Assembly (NCBI GenBank): GCA_963630675.1
Contig: CAVGNR010000001.1
Location: forward strand, 37,807-101,806
Direction: 5' to 3'
DNA: 64,000 nucleotides
Source: Escherichia coli
Lineage (GTDB): Bacteria; Bacillota_I; Bacilli_A; RFN20; CAG-826
Shown here piece after piece: positions 1-9,326 of the stretch (positions are counted from its first letter, which is position 1; every line of letters starts with the position of its first letter). The notes under the pieces are model-generated. The model worked only from the letters and a program-made list of their open reading frames with translations, did not search any database and was not told where the DNA came from. A program made the translations under genes and the position numbers.

Positions 1-171
1 GCGCGCTAACTTTTAACGGGTCTTAGACACTACGATAAACTCGGACTAATGGCTACTTATAGCCATTTCGGAGCATATGTATCTGATTGTTTTTTATAAC
101 CATTTTTGACGTTTTGTTAAAGGCCGTTTTTCTATAATTTTCGTTTTTTGCTCACAAGGATGATTGATATC

Positions 172-1206
172 CTATGAGGCGGAATCAATCCCAAATTCAT
201 ATTCGACGGTTACGCCATCTGGTATTTCCGCTTCATTAACAGTTTCCCATTCTTCTTTGGTTCCTCCAAAATAAATCGTTTTCAAATCAACGCAGTTTGA
301 GAAATTATATTTTGAAACCCTAACTCCGCTCGGGATATAGATTCGCTTCATCCCCTCCACGGCGTCTGAAAAAGCGCCTGCAAGAATACAATACACCCTT
401 TTGCCGTCGAATTCTTTTGGCACGACTACATCATGATTTGAAGGTATGAAATTGTATCCGCTGACAAAACTAGAATTAATGCCATCAGGGAGATCGTATT
501 TAAGAATCGACGATGAAACGCCATATATTTTCGTGTCGGCATATAAGGCAACGGATGACATTGGTTTTTTCATTTCTTCATCCGAATACCATTGATGACA
601 GCCGTATAAGAAATCATCCTTGATCCAATCGTCTATAACCATTTCTTTTCCTTCTAATACCGATACAGCTCGAACGCTTTCTCCATCCACCAAACATTCG
701 AGCGTGTATGATTTGCGAAGTTCGTCAGGCATTTCGTAAAGATGAAAATTAAAATCGGAGTCGGCGTCGTGATAGGAAAAGCAGTATTTATCATCCTTAA
801 TATCGGAGGGAATCACGAAATTGAATGTTGTTTGGCGTTCTATATCACATTCCAAATTGAATGTCGCTGGATAAAATGCGAAGCCTTTTGGAGAGTATTC
901 GGCCCCATCGTTTTCTCTAATTAACGTCGGCAATGGAATAGTATAAGCAACCTGCTTTGGCGAAGAACTAAGCATCGTCAGCTTAAACGATAAATCATAT
1001 GTGCCATCAGAAGATAAAAAGCCCTTCGAACACTTTATGTCCCTAATGGTGAACACTATCGTGCCTTTCGATGCCGAAGTTTTATCCAAATATAGATTAA
1101 TCGATTCGCTATTTGAATTAGCAGGGCCTCCGCCAGATGCATTACAACCTGTTAAAAGCAATGCAAGGAGGCCAATACTTGCGATTAATTTAAAATGCGT
1201 TTTCAT
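172..1206 (-). CDS. Surface lipoprotein with C-terminal BspA-type leucine-rich-repeat-like region
   Basis: ORF 172..1245. Preferred start is ATG 1206, preceded by AAGGAG. N-terminus MKTHFKLIASIGLLALLLTGC is a signal peptide plus lipobox. C-terminal segments (IYIPSGV, FSNCVDLKTIYFGG) resemble LRR_5-type repeats. Confidence 0.7.
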   Translation of the reverse strand: MKTHFKLIASIGLLALLLTGCNASGGGPANSNSESINLYLDKTSASKGTIVFTIRDIKCSKGFLSSDGTYDLSFKLTMLSSSPKQVAYTIPLPTLIRENDGAEYSPKGFAFYPATFNLECDIERQTTFNFVIPSDIKDDKYCFSYHDADSDFNFHLYEMPDELRKSYTLECLVDGESVRAVSVLEGKEMVIDDWIKDDFLYGCHQWYSDEEMKKPMSSVALYADTKIYGVSSSILKYDLPDGINSSFVSGYNFIPSNHDVVVPKEFDGKRVYCILAGAFSDAVEGMKRIYIPSGVRVSKYNFSNCVDLKTIYFGGTKEEWETVNEAEIPDGVTVEYEFGIDSAS

Positions 1207-1359
1207 AGAAATATCTCCTTGAAATAAAAAAGCCTGAGCTACCAATTCACCCAGACCTAAGAAGATATAATAAATATTTTATTACCCCCTCCCACGAAAA
1301 TTTGCGAACGAATATTTTTTGCGGGAAAGGCAAGGTAATTGCTCTTTTATTATTTCACG

Positions 1360-1406
1360 TTTTGCCATGCTTAAATTAAAGATTTTCTTGCGCACATATA
1401 AAAAAG
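1360..1406. repeat. 47-nt direct repeat, copy A (45/47 identical to 3026..3072)
   Basis: ttttgccaTgcttaaattaaagattttcttgcgcacaTataaaaaag, read directly; compare copy B. Confidence 0.9.
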
Positions 1407-1513
1407 GCTCTGTAACTTTTAATGGGGATGGCAAAAATCGCCATCCCCATCGATTGTTACAGTTTTGGCGAGTTATTTTATCGCCATTCCCATTTAAAAG
1501 CTATAGAGCCGTT

Positions 1514-1678
1514 CTATTCAGCGATTAGCTTGATGTCTTCAATCTCCTCGTACGATTTGATTAAAGGGTTGACGATTTCTTTTATCTCGCGTTCGTGTTC
1601 TTTATAGAATTCATATAAACCATAAATCGCACCCGCGAAAGTGATAACCGCCATCAGCACTTTCTTTGCGTTTTCCAT
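1514..1678 (-). CDS. Small (54 aa) single-pass membrane protein, unknown function
   Basis: Below the ORF-track size cutoff. ATG at 1678 is preceded by GAAGGAGGA. Translation is MENAKKVLMAVITFAGAIYGLYEFYKEHEREIKEIVNPLIKSYEEIEDIKLIAE, with TAG at 1514-1516. Confidence 0.45.
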   Translation of the reverse strand: MENAKKVLMAVITFAGAIYGLYEFYKEHEREIKEIVNPLIKSYEEIEDIKLIAE

Positions 1679-1719
1679 AAAAGTCCTCCTTCTACAGAGG
1701 GCGCTGTATTTTTGCGAAT

Positions 1720-2253
1720 CTACTTTTTTGAAATTTTGGGAACTGGATTATCAATTACACTGATATTATTAGCACTTGCAATCATACCCAGCCCAAACAA
1801 TATTCCTTTAATGGCAATGGGAACAGCAGCTTTCGCAATTTGCACTGTAAACGCTCTTTTTTCTTTTCCAGCTTTTTCTTCAACGAGTTTTATTTCTTTG
1901 TTCTTGAGATACTCTTTTTTCTCTAGGCAAAGTCCATCGATTTCGCTATTGATTTTGAACCAAGTGTCGAGCAATTTTTCTTTTTGGGCTAATTCTGTCT
2001 CTTTCTTTATCAATTCTTCGATAAATTTTCTTCTCTCCCGTTTGTCTTTAATCCAATCCGAATAGGAGGCTCTAATGTCTTTGTCAACAGATTCAAATTT
2101 GTTGTCGTACAACTTATCGTTGGCTTTAAACTCTTTATCTAATTCATCGACGCTTTTAGTGAGGAATTTCGCAATTAATCTTTCATCAAACGGAGTGCTG
2201 CTATATGCTTGATTAACAACTTCTCCCAAACTTATCGTTTCATTTTTTACCAT
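1720..2253 (-). CDS. Hypothetical coiled-coil protein with C-terminal membrane anchor
   Basis: ORF 1720..2310. Preferred start is ATG 2253 (MVKNETISLG), with AGGAG 11 nt upstream. Central region is Lys/Glu-rich; C-terminus has a hydrophobic segment (AAVPIAIKGILFGLGMIASA). Confidence 0.55.
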   Translation of the reverse strand: MVKNETISLGEVVNQAYSSTPFDERLIAKFLTKSVDELDKEFKANDKLYDNKFESVDKDIRASYSDWIKDKRERRKFIEELIKKETELAQKEKLLDTWFKINSEIDGLCLEKKEYLKNKEIKLVEEKAGKEKRAFTVQIAKAAVPIAIKGILFGLGMIASANNISVIDNPVPKISKK

Positions 2254-2328
2254 ATTATTGATTTCTCCTTTAATACTCGGTATTAACTTCTTCTCTATAA
2301 CACATAACAAGGGTTCTTTCTCATTGAA

Positions 2329-2953
2329 TTATGCATTGATTTTGTAGGACTGTTTAATCAAGAACATGAGTTTGTCGATGATGTCTTCATTCTCCATGGT
2401 CACTTGATAATCTCTGTTACCATGATGCCCGATTTTTGAACCGTCGTCATATTTCATTACCTTGGCAATTTTGAATGGGTCCTCGATTCGTCCTATATTC
2501 TAATTTATTAAAACCTTTATTTCTTTTTTCACTTCCTTTGATTCCAGTCCAAGGTTCAGATCGTTGAAATCGGTTTTATCCTTGGGCTTATATTTAATCT
2601 TCCCTAAGCAAAAAGATCTTTTCCGTATTTTAAAAAATTATAAAGGCTGAAAGACGCGTTGTTAAATCTTTGCGATTTCAAGTTGATAGTTGTTGTAACT
2701 CGGCACAATGAAAATCACCCTGGTCGCTCCTCAATCGATGGCCTTTGGTTTAAGCGCAATCTCCTTTAGCTCTTCCAGTAGATAAGTGAATTCCGCTTTT
2801 TGATCGAGAAGCGTTTTGGGATGAGCAACGCCTTAGTCTACAAGGCTCTTTTTTCTCTCCGTTCTTGTATTCGAGAATATAGAAGACCTTATTCCTCTCA
2901 TCAAAGGCAATGCTGTCAAACTTGAATTCTTCTAAATATTTATTGTTCTCCAT
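2329..2953 (-). pseudogene. Degraded PD-(D/E)xK-type nuclease gene with DUF5655-like C-terminus
   Basis: N-terminus MENNKYLEEFKFDSIAFDERNKVFYILEYK carries a D..E.K nuclease-like motif. The frame breaks at an A6 run (plus-strand T6 at 2849-2854). A single frame then runs to 2329 with five in-frame stops (TAA, TGA, TAA, TAA, TAG). It ends ...GHHGNRDYQVTMENEDIIDKLMFLIKQSYKINA, which resembles the DUF5655 C-terminal pattern. Confidence 0.6.
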
Positions 2954-3025
2954 GTTCGAACCTCCTTAGCACAGATTATTTAAAGTTCGAACAAGCTTGT
3001 CGATTCCGGATATTTTTTACGCTTA

Positions 3026-3072
3026 TTTTGCCACGCTTAAATTAAAGATTTTCTTGCGCACAAATAAAAAAG
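3026..3072. repeat. 47-nt direct repeat, copy B, 38 nt downstream of the tRNA-Trp 3' end
   Basis: ttttgccaCgcttaaattaaagattttcttgcgcacaAataaaaaag; 45/47 identical to 1360..1406. Confidence 0.9.
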
Positions 3073-3098
3073 TTTGACACATTTTATTGCATCAAACT
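3064..3098 (-). terminator. Rho-independent terminator after tRNA-Trp
   Basis: Minus strand reads AGTTTGA-loop-TCAAACT followed by TTTTTATTT. Confidence 0.6.
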
Positions 3099-3109
3099 AA
3101 TGTTCTTGT

Positions 3110-3183
3110 TGGCAGGAGAAGAAGGAATCGAACCCTCATTAACGGTTTTGGAGACCGCTGTTCTACCATTGAACCATTCTCCT
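3110..3183 (-). tRNA. tRNA-Trp (anticodon CCA)
   Basis: Reverse complement is AGGAGAATGGTTCAATGGTAGAACAGCGGTCTCCAAAACCGTTAATGAGGGTTCGATTCCTTCTTCTCCTGCCA. Acceptor stem is 7 bp, anticodon loop CTCCAAA, T-loop GGTTCGATTCC, and CCA is encoded. Confidence 0.95.
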
Positions 3184-3238
3184 AGGGGCTTATTATTGCT
3201 AATAAGCTCTTGGGTTATGCCCTTAAAGGGCTTACGTA

Positions 3239-3655
3239 TTATAAGCTTTTTAAAACCTTATTTACAAGGGACATATCGACTTTTCCACGATAATTCATGC
3301 TGAAATGCTTCATTACAAGTGGGATAGAGCGATCTGGCAAGGAAAGAATGATGGTTTTGATTTCCTCTTCCGATAGCTGAGCAGGAATAAATTCCTTTAA
3401 AGCGTCTTTTTGTTTTTGAATTTCTTGGACACTTTCTTCTCTGCCGGCTTTTTGATAGGAATCCAATTCTTCATCAAGTTCTTTCACGATTTTTTGAATC
3501 AAAGAAAGGACATCAGTATCCGAAATTTCCTTGCTGGGATCTTTGCTCTTTAAGAGTTGATAACGGGAAATCACGGAAGAGTAAGCACTTCTTTTTGCCT
3601 GATTCTTTTCTTTCATGGCCATCATATTGGCCTTTTTGATGTCATCAATTAACAT
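3239..3655 (-). CDS. yqeY: GatB/YqeY domain protein
   Basis: 138 aa. MLIDDIKKANMMAMKEKNQAKRSAYSSVIS...ELDSYQKAGREE...LSEEEIKTII matches the YqeY pattern. Confidence 0.85.
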   Translation of the reverse strand: MLIDDIKKANMMAMKEKNQAKRSAYSSVISRYQLLKSKDPSKEISDTDVLSLIQKIVKELDEELDSYQKAGREESVQEIQKQKDALKEFIPAQLSEEEIKTIILSLPDRSIPLVMKHFSMNYRGKVDMSLVNKVLKSL

Positions 3656-3657
3656 AT

Positions 3658-5349
3658 TTATTCCTCCAATGCGTGTTTTTTGTGTTTCATTTTCTGATGA
3701 TGTTTGGCTAGTTCTTCAAATGGGGTGATAAAGAATCTCCTAAAACCATAGAAGGCTGGTAAGATTTCCAAACGTCCTAAGAGCATTGCCACATCAAGTA
3801 ACCAAAGAAGGACGTTATAATGGACGATTCCATTATTTGCCTTATAGGAAGCAAAGTCAATAATGCTAATACCTGTGCCAGAAAGAGAAGTTCCCCATTC
3901 GTATGCGGCTTCTTCAAGATTCATGTTTTTAAGACATAATAAAGCAATTGTTCCTAATAAGATAAAACTGATATAAAGAATGGAATAATCGGTTGCTTCC
4001 TTAACGCTTTCTTCATCCACTTCTTTTGTTTGCCCTAAACGAGTAATCGGGTTGGTATGAAGGTAACGATCAGAGGAATTACGGTTCTTAAAGGAAGAAG
4101 AGAATTCTTTAAAAAGCAAGGCAAAACGGTACTGTTTCAAACCACCTGCCGTAGAACCCATGCCACCGCCAATGGACATGGCAATCAAAGCGATAAAGAT
4201 AGAGAAATGTCCTAGATAAGCAAGGTTCGGGAAGTTGGTGAATCCGGTTGTCGTAATGGAAGAAACGATATTGTAGAAATTGTAACGAAGAGATAACCAG
4301 ATAGAGATACTCTCCATTTCTTCATAATAATAAGTATGCTCGCTAAAGGTTAAGACGGCAGTCAAGATGGTAGAGAAAATAATCAAGGCCGTAGCTGTTT
4401 TAATTTCCACATCCTTTGAGAAACTTTTTAGCTTGCCTGTAAGAAGGAAGGTATGCAAGACGAAATTCGTCGCACCAGCAAGCATTAAAACAACGGTGAT
4501 TCCTTCGATTGCTAAAGCGTTTCCTGTATAAAGAAGGTTTCCATTCGTAAAAGAAGAATATGTGGCTCCGGAATAGAACATAATGGAAGAATAACGTGTG
4601 GAGAAACCACCCGTAGCAAGAGCGGCAGTCGCATAGCAAAAAGAGTCGAATGGCGTCATTCCCGCCAACCAAAGAGCAAGGCTTCCAACTACAATCCAGC
4701 CAAAATAAATACCGAAAATAAGTTTAGCATTCTTGCCTAAATTCGGGAGAAGACGATCATTATGGCCTTCCGCAAAGAAAAGTTTGAAGTTATTTTTACT
4801 AGAAATAACCGAGGCTACAAGCAAAACAAGGCCAACCCCACCGACAAATTGCATAACCGCTCGATGGAATAAAAAGACATGGGCCCATTGATATTCCGAA
4901 GAATCCACGCCTGTTAAGAAGGCCTTTTGAGGGAAAACGGTTAATCCTGTCGCCGAATATCCAGAGGTGGATTCAAAGAAAGAATCCGTGAAGGACATCC
5001 CTAAATTAACGGCTGCATTGCCATTATTAAATTCCGGGAATGCCGTTAAATAGAAAGGTATAGCCCCAATAAGCAAGGCAGAAAGCCAAAGAAGAACGAG
5101 CAATAGAGAGTCTTCGTTCTTTTGAAGTTTTCCTTTTTTCCGGAAAGCGATCGTACATAAAAAGATAAAGAGGCCTAAAACCATATAGGATAGACCTGGA
5201 ATAACAAAATCAAGGTAACATTCCCACTCTTTTGGATAGAAAGCTAAAATGAGCAAAGGAAAAATAGTGACTAGGCCTTCTACAATCATGAAAAGGCCAA
5301 AATAGCCAAGAATCAAACGAATTCCTTTTGCTTCTCTTATTTTATTCAT
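3658..5349 (-). CDS. trkH: TrkH/KtrB-family K+ transporter membrane subunit
   Basis: 563 aa polytopic protein. Four pore-loop-like motifs (SATGLTV, LATGGFST, ITTTGFTN, SGTGISI). ATGA overlap with the upstream RCK gene. Confidence 0.85.
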   Translation of the reverse strand: MNKIREAKGIRLILGYFGLFMIVEGLVTIFPLLILAFYPKEWECYLDFVIPGLSYMVLGLFIFLCTIAFRKKGKLQKNEDSLLLVLLWLSALLIGAIPFYLTAFPEFNNGNAAVNLGMSFTDSFFESTSGYSATGLTVFPQKAFLTGVDSSEYQWAHVFLFHRAVMQFVGGVGLVLLVASVISSKNNFKLFFAEGHNDRLLPNLGKNAKLIFGIYFGWIVVGSLALWLAGMTPFDSFCYATAALATGGFSTRYSSIMFYSGATYSSFTNGNLLYTGNALAIEGITVVLMLAGATNFVLHTFLLTGKLKSFSKDVEIKTATALIIFSTILTAVLTFSEHTYYYEEMESISIWLSLRYNFYNIVSSITTTGFTNFPNLAYLGHFSIFIALIAMSIGGGMGSTAGGLKQYRFALLFKEFSSSFKNRNSSDRYLHTNPITRLGQTKEVDEESVKEATDYSILYISFILLGTIALLCLKNMNLEEAAYEWGTSLSGTGISIIDFASYKANNGIVHYNVLLWLLDVAMLLGRLEILPAFYGFRRFFITPFEELAKHHQKMKHKKHALEE

Positions 5350-6275
5350 ATGGTTTTCTTCTTATTACTTGAAGATGTTTTCTTTTTTGTTGTTGTTTTC
5401 TTAGGAGCAGTTTTCTTCTTTTCACTCTTATTCGCTACAGGGGTCGCCTCTTTTTGCTCCTCGGAAGGAGGAAGAGGGGTTTCCTCTACTACATTAGAGG
5501 TTTCTTGACTTTCTTTTGGAAGAGGGGTTTCTTCTTTTGCTTCGGTGTTTTTGATTTTCACTAAAGATTTTTCAATTTGCGAAGCAATATTCTTTTGAAG
5601 ATCTCTTGCCGAGGCCCTTTGAGTGAGATATTTCTTCAAGCTATCTTCATCCGCTTTATCGCACGCAATAACAAGAGTGTCACGTGGTTTTAATACGACG
5701 TTACCTTTTGGGATGATGAACTCATTATCACGCATGATATAAGCAATATTCGCATATGGAGGGAAATGAATATCCATAATGGCTTTATTGCAGATACGGT
5801 ATTTGGATAAGAGGGTTGCTTCCACCATCACAATCTTGTTGGAATCTAAATTCATCGAACGAATGAGGTTTCCTTCTAAAGATTCTGTTTTAATGTTTTG
5901 TGTTAAAAGGTAGGTAGAAGAAATAACGGAATCAATTCCGAGTTTCTTATAGATTTCAACGTTATCTGGGTTTTTAACGACACAAATGCATTTACGAACG
6001 TTAAAGACTTTCTTAGCAAGAATACAAGATACGTAATTGTCTGTATCATTATCAGAAAGAGAGATGAATAAATCGGCGTCATAAATACCGGCTTCTTCTA
6101 GAGCATAGGTCCTCCAAGGATTTCCGACATAAACAGAAACATGTTGGTGTTTCATCAAATATTCCGCGACTTCTTTATCGGAGTTGATGACAATGATTTT
6201 ATTGTGTTTGTCTTCTTTAAAAGAATCAATAACGTAGGCAGCTTCAAGGTTACCATTTGCAATAACGACAATCAT
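5346..6275 (-). CDS. TrkA-like RCK protein (degenerate N domain + RCK_C) with Lys/Thr-rich tail
   Basis: 309 aa. RCK_C-like segment KIVMVEATLL...IIPKGNVVLKPRDTLVIAC. C-terminal low-complexity tail KKKTAPKKTTTKKKTSSSNKKKT. Confidence 0.75.
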   Translation of the reverse strand: MIVVIANGNLEAAYVIDSFKEDKHNKIIVINSDKEVAEYLMKHQHVSVYVGNPWRTYALEEAGIYDADLFISLSDNDTDNYVSCILAKKVFNVRKCICVVKNPDNVEIYKKLGIDSVISSTYLLTQNIKTESLEGNLIRSMNLDSNKIVMVEATLLSKYRICNKAIMDIHFPPYANIAYIMRDNEFIIPKGNVVLKPRDTLVIACDKADEDSLKKYLTQRASARDLQKNIASQIEKSLVKIKNTEAKEETPLPKESQETSNVVEETPLPPSEEQKEATPVANKSEKKKTAPKKTTTKKKTSSSNKKKTI

Positions 6276-6700
6276 TATTTGTTGCCCTCCGCTTCGATTT
6301 GGAAGAATTTATTGGCGCTTAAATCAGATGGATAAACGGCTTTTACATTAGGAACACCATTGATAAGAATATCTTTATCCGGATCATCAAAACGTACATA
6401 CACCTTAGGTATTTTGAAAATAATCGCACATAAATGGGCTAAGAAAAGATTGGTATTATCATTTCCTGTGACGATGACTACTTCTTCAACGGAATCGATG
6501 TAGCAATCTTGTTTTAAAAGAGTGATATCGGTTGCGTCACCCGTGACTTTAAAACCGGTAAACGCTTCATCTAATTTGCGGAAGGACGAATCTCTTTCAT
6601 CCAAAACAATGACGTTTTCCCCTCTTGAAGAAGCACGATCGGCGATGATAGAGCCAAGTCTTCCTGCTCCGATGATTAATATTTTGTTTCGAATTGCCAT
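6275..6700 (-). CDS. trkA: TrkA-N (NAD-binding RCK_N) protein
   Basis: 141 aa. Rossmann motif ILIIGAGRLGSIIA. TAATG junction with the next gene. Confidence 0.8.
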   Translation of the reverse strand: MAIRNKILIIGAGRLGSIIADRASSRGENVIVLDERDSSFRKLDEAFTGFKVTGDATDITLLKQDCYIDSVEEVVIVTGNDNTNLFLAHLCAIIFKIPKVYVRFDDPDKDILINGVPNVKAVYPSDLSANKFFQIEAEGNK

Positions 6701-6706
6701 ACCTTA

Positions 6707-7327
6707 TTATTCTATATCACTTGTTTTGCTTAGCAAAGGTGGCAAAGAAGAGCTAGCCTTGCTTGTCTCGAAAAGTTCGACATCCGGATAAGAAGAAATA
6801 ATTTCCTGATATTTCTTTTGGGTGTTTTTCTTTTTTAGTTCTTTCCAACCTGTTTGAGCGTACTTTTCTAAGCACCAAGTGATGTATTCTTTCGTAGCGT
6901 TCGTCATAAAATAACGGTTTTTATGAGCATTAAAATAACGAAGACCACTTTCGGGAGTAAATTCCTTTGGATTGTAGGTATAGGAAGCGCTTAATACATC
7001 GCATACGTATTCTGTAGCATATATCCATGGCATGGTTTTCATCAGGATTCTGCCGCAAAAGAAATCTGTCCAATATTCCCAATGGTGGGGATTTCTTCTC
7101 GTATGATGTTGGCAAATACGGGAAAAATAATCATTATGAATTCTCTCTTCGAATACGGGAGAATGATCTCCAACATAATATTTGGCAGAGGTATGGAACT
7201 CCGTATAAGAATATTTGCTTAAATCATGTTTCAAAGCATGCCAAAAAATGCCCATGTGCAAGGCATTTTTGATAACAAGATGGCGATGTGAGGTGATGAG
7301 TCTAAAATGTTTCCAAGGATGTGACAT
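6707..7327 (-). CDS. Conserved hypothetical, DUF5662-like His-rich protein
   Basis: 206 aa. The motifs HDLSKYS and HHTRRNPHHWEYW are recalled as typical of the DUF5662 family. Confidence 0.55.
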   Translation of the reverse strand: MSHPWKHFRLITSHRHLVIKNALHMGIFWHALKHDLSKYSYTEFHTSAKYYVGDHSPVFEERIHNDYFSRICQHHTRRNPHHWEYWTDFFCGRILMKTMPWIYATEYVCDVLSASYTYNPKEFTPESGLRYFNAHKNRYFMTNATKEYITWCLEKYAQTGWKELKKKNTQKKYQEIISSYPDVELFETSKASSSLPPLLSKTSDIE

Positions 7328-7374
7328 ATTTTCTCCTCGGATATTATAGTTTCTTCTTAAGGAAAAGGAGACCT

Positions 7375-8556
7375 TTATTGAATATGCTCCTCACAAAATT
7401 TCTTTAAATCACTGATTTTTTGATATCCGCCATAAGAGCCGGACATTCTTTTTTCTTCGTTGTAGGTATCTTTTCCTACAAAGGTCTTTAAGATTTCGGA
7501 ATATTTCTTCTCTAAATCAAAATCTTTGAAAAGTTCTGGATAGACGGCATAGGCGTCAAAATAGCCGTTCATAAGAGAGATTTCAAGATTTGTATAGTAA
7601 GCGTTATATGGCATTTGAAGATAGACTTCGCCTGAAGAAACCGCTTTGACGTTATCAAAAATATGCGAATCTGCGTGATAGGCTTGAATGGTTTGTTTCA
7701 TTCCTGCCGCGTCTAAAATAAGTTTATCCATTTTAGGAGCAAGTTCCTCAAAAGTAGCTTTGGAGATATCTTGTTGCCCTTCCGCGCTTAGTTGGACTCC
7801 GGTTAGAACGTTTTTGATATTTGTTACTTCAAACATTGGGTAACTTTTATGCGTAGCAAGGTAATCTTTTTGTCCCCAGTTTCCAATTCCTCCAACGTAA
7901 GTAAGGGGTTTGTCTTCTTCCTTTACGTTCTTCGTAATTGTTTTTAATTCCGTAATGGAAGAAGAGATGTAATCCGTTAAGGTCTTTACTCTTTCATTTC
8001 GATCAAGAACTTTGCCTAAAGAAGTTAAGACAGAAACAACGGTTCCGTCATAAACGGCCTTCTTGCCATAACGGATGGTGAATACTTTGGCGCCTGTAGC
8101 ATTTTCAATGGCTTTGGCTTGCTCAACTGTTTCAAAATCAGAAATGACTAAATCTGGAGCAAGACTTGTTAAAAGAGTGAGGTTAGGACCACTTTGATTA
8201 GCAACTGGCCCTCCTACGCCAAGGGAAGGAAGGTTTCTAAAAGCTTCTTTGTTAGCGTCATAATAAGGTCTTGCAACCCCTTCGAATGGATGGGTTTTCT
8301 CTTCTCTTTTGCTTGGATTATCAATATCTTCTACGCCAACGAGTTTATGGAGCTCACCAATATAGGAATATAAGCGAAGAGCGCCAGCACCGACGCAAGC
8401 GATACGGGAATAGGAACCTGGAAGGTAGCTATTTTCTCTTCCAATACCGTCACTAATAAGAATTTCTTCTTGGGAAGTTTCACTCGAATTTTCTTGTTCT
8501 CCTCCACAAGAAATGAGGCTGGAGGCTAACAAGAGCCAAAGGAATTGTTTTTTCAT
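7375..8556 (-). CDS. ABC substrate-binding lipoprotein, iron-chelate/cobalamin type (Peripla_BP_2-like)
   Basis: Signal peptide plus lipobox MKKQFLWLLLASSLISCGG. Operon with a FecCD permease and a FecE-like ATPase. Confidence 0.8.
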   Translation of the reverse strand: MKKQFLWLLLASSLISCGGEQENSSETSQEEILISDGIGRENSYLPGSYSRIACVGAGALRLYSYIGELHKLVGVEDIDNPSKREEKTHPFEGVARPYYDANKEAFRNLPSLGVGGPVANQSGPNLTLLTSLAPDLVISDFETVEQAKAIENATGAKVFTIRYGKKAVYDGTVVSVLTSLGKVLDRNERVKTLTDYISSSITELKTITKNVKEEDKPLTYVGGIGNWGQKDYLATHKSYPMFEVTNIKNVLTGVQLSAEGQQDISKATFEELAPKMDKLILDAAGMKQTIQAYHADSHIFDNVKAVSSGEVYLQMPYNAYYTNLEISLMNGYFDAYAVYPELFKDFDLEKKYSEILKTFVGKDTYNEEKRMSGSYGGYQKISDLKKFCEEHIQ

Positions 8557-9326
8557 AATTGTTTTTCTCCTGAAAATAATGAGATGAAAGTTTCATCGTC
8601 TTTTTGAATTAAACGGGCTTTAACGCCATAGGTTTCAAAGATCCTCTCCTCTGTAATGGAAGAGGCGTCTCCTTGATAAAGAAGTCTTCCGTCCTTTAAC
8701 CAAAATAAGGTATCCCCAAGGAAAGATGCTTCAGAAAGGTCATGCAAGGATAGCAAGATAGTTAGTTTTCTTTCCTTGGCAATTTTCTTAAGAAGTTTCA
8801 AGATTAAAACCTGATGTTTTAAATCGAGATTGGCTGTTGGTTCATCCAAGATAAGAAGTTTCGGATTAGAAACAAGAGCTCTTGCTATCGCGACCATTTG
8901 TTTCTCTCCACCAGAAAGAGAATCTGCTGGTCTATCTTTTAAAGGCAAGATATGAAGCTCGTCCATGACTTTGAAGGTTTCTTCTTTATCGTACTTGCAA
9001 GGGAAGGAATAGAAATAAGGGAGACGTCCTAGAAGAATAGAATCCATTACGCTTAAAGAAGAGAATTCAATATTTTGAGGAACGGAGGAGATAAGTTTGC
9101 TTCGTTCGGATAGTTTGATTTCTTTTAGGTTCTTCTCTCCCAAAATAATTTTACCTTCTTTTAGTTTCAAAAGTCCGCATATTAACTTAATAATCGTGCT
9201 CTTTCCAACACCGTTAGGACCTAACAAAACCCCTACTTTTCCTTCCTCTAGTTGAATAGAGACGTGTTTTAAGACGGGTTCTGAGTGTTTTGAATAAGCG
9301 AAGGAGACGTCATTTAGATAAAGCAT
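8553..9326 (-). CDS. ABC transporter ATP-binding protein (iron-chelate type)
   Basis: Walker A GPNGVGKST, signature LSGGEKQ, Walker B LLILDEP. Confidence 0.9.
   Translation of the reverse strand: MLYLNDVSFAYSKHSEPVLKHVSIQLEEGKVGVLLGPNGVGKSTIIKLICGLLKLKEGKIILGEKNLKEIKLSERSKLISSVPQNIEFSSLSVMDSILLGRLPYFYSFPCKYDKEETFKVMDELHILPLKDRPADSLSGGEKQMVAIARALVSNPKLLILDEPTANLDLKHQVLILKLLKKIAKERKLTILLSLHDLSEASFLGDTLFWLKDGRLLYQGDASSITEERIFETYGVKARLIQKDDETFISLFSGEKQL

Noticed and set aside
1-171. The GC-richer first 80 nt with a perfect hairpin (ATGGCTActtaTAGCCAT at about 50-67), considered as the 3' end of a structured RNA (tmRNA, RNase P or similar).
   Set aside because: No diagnostic motif is present (no tRNA-like GGTTCGA-TCC/CCA end, no conserved RNase P or SRP elements). 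The feature is truncated by the window edge, so it cannot be called.
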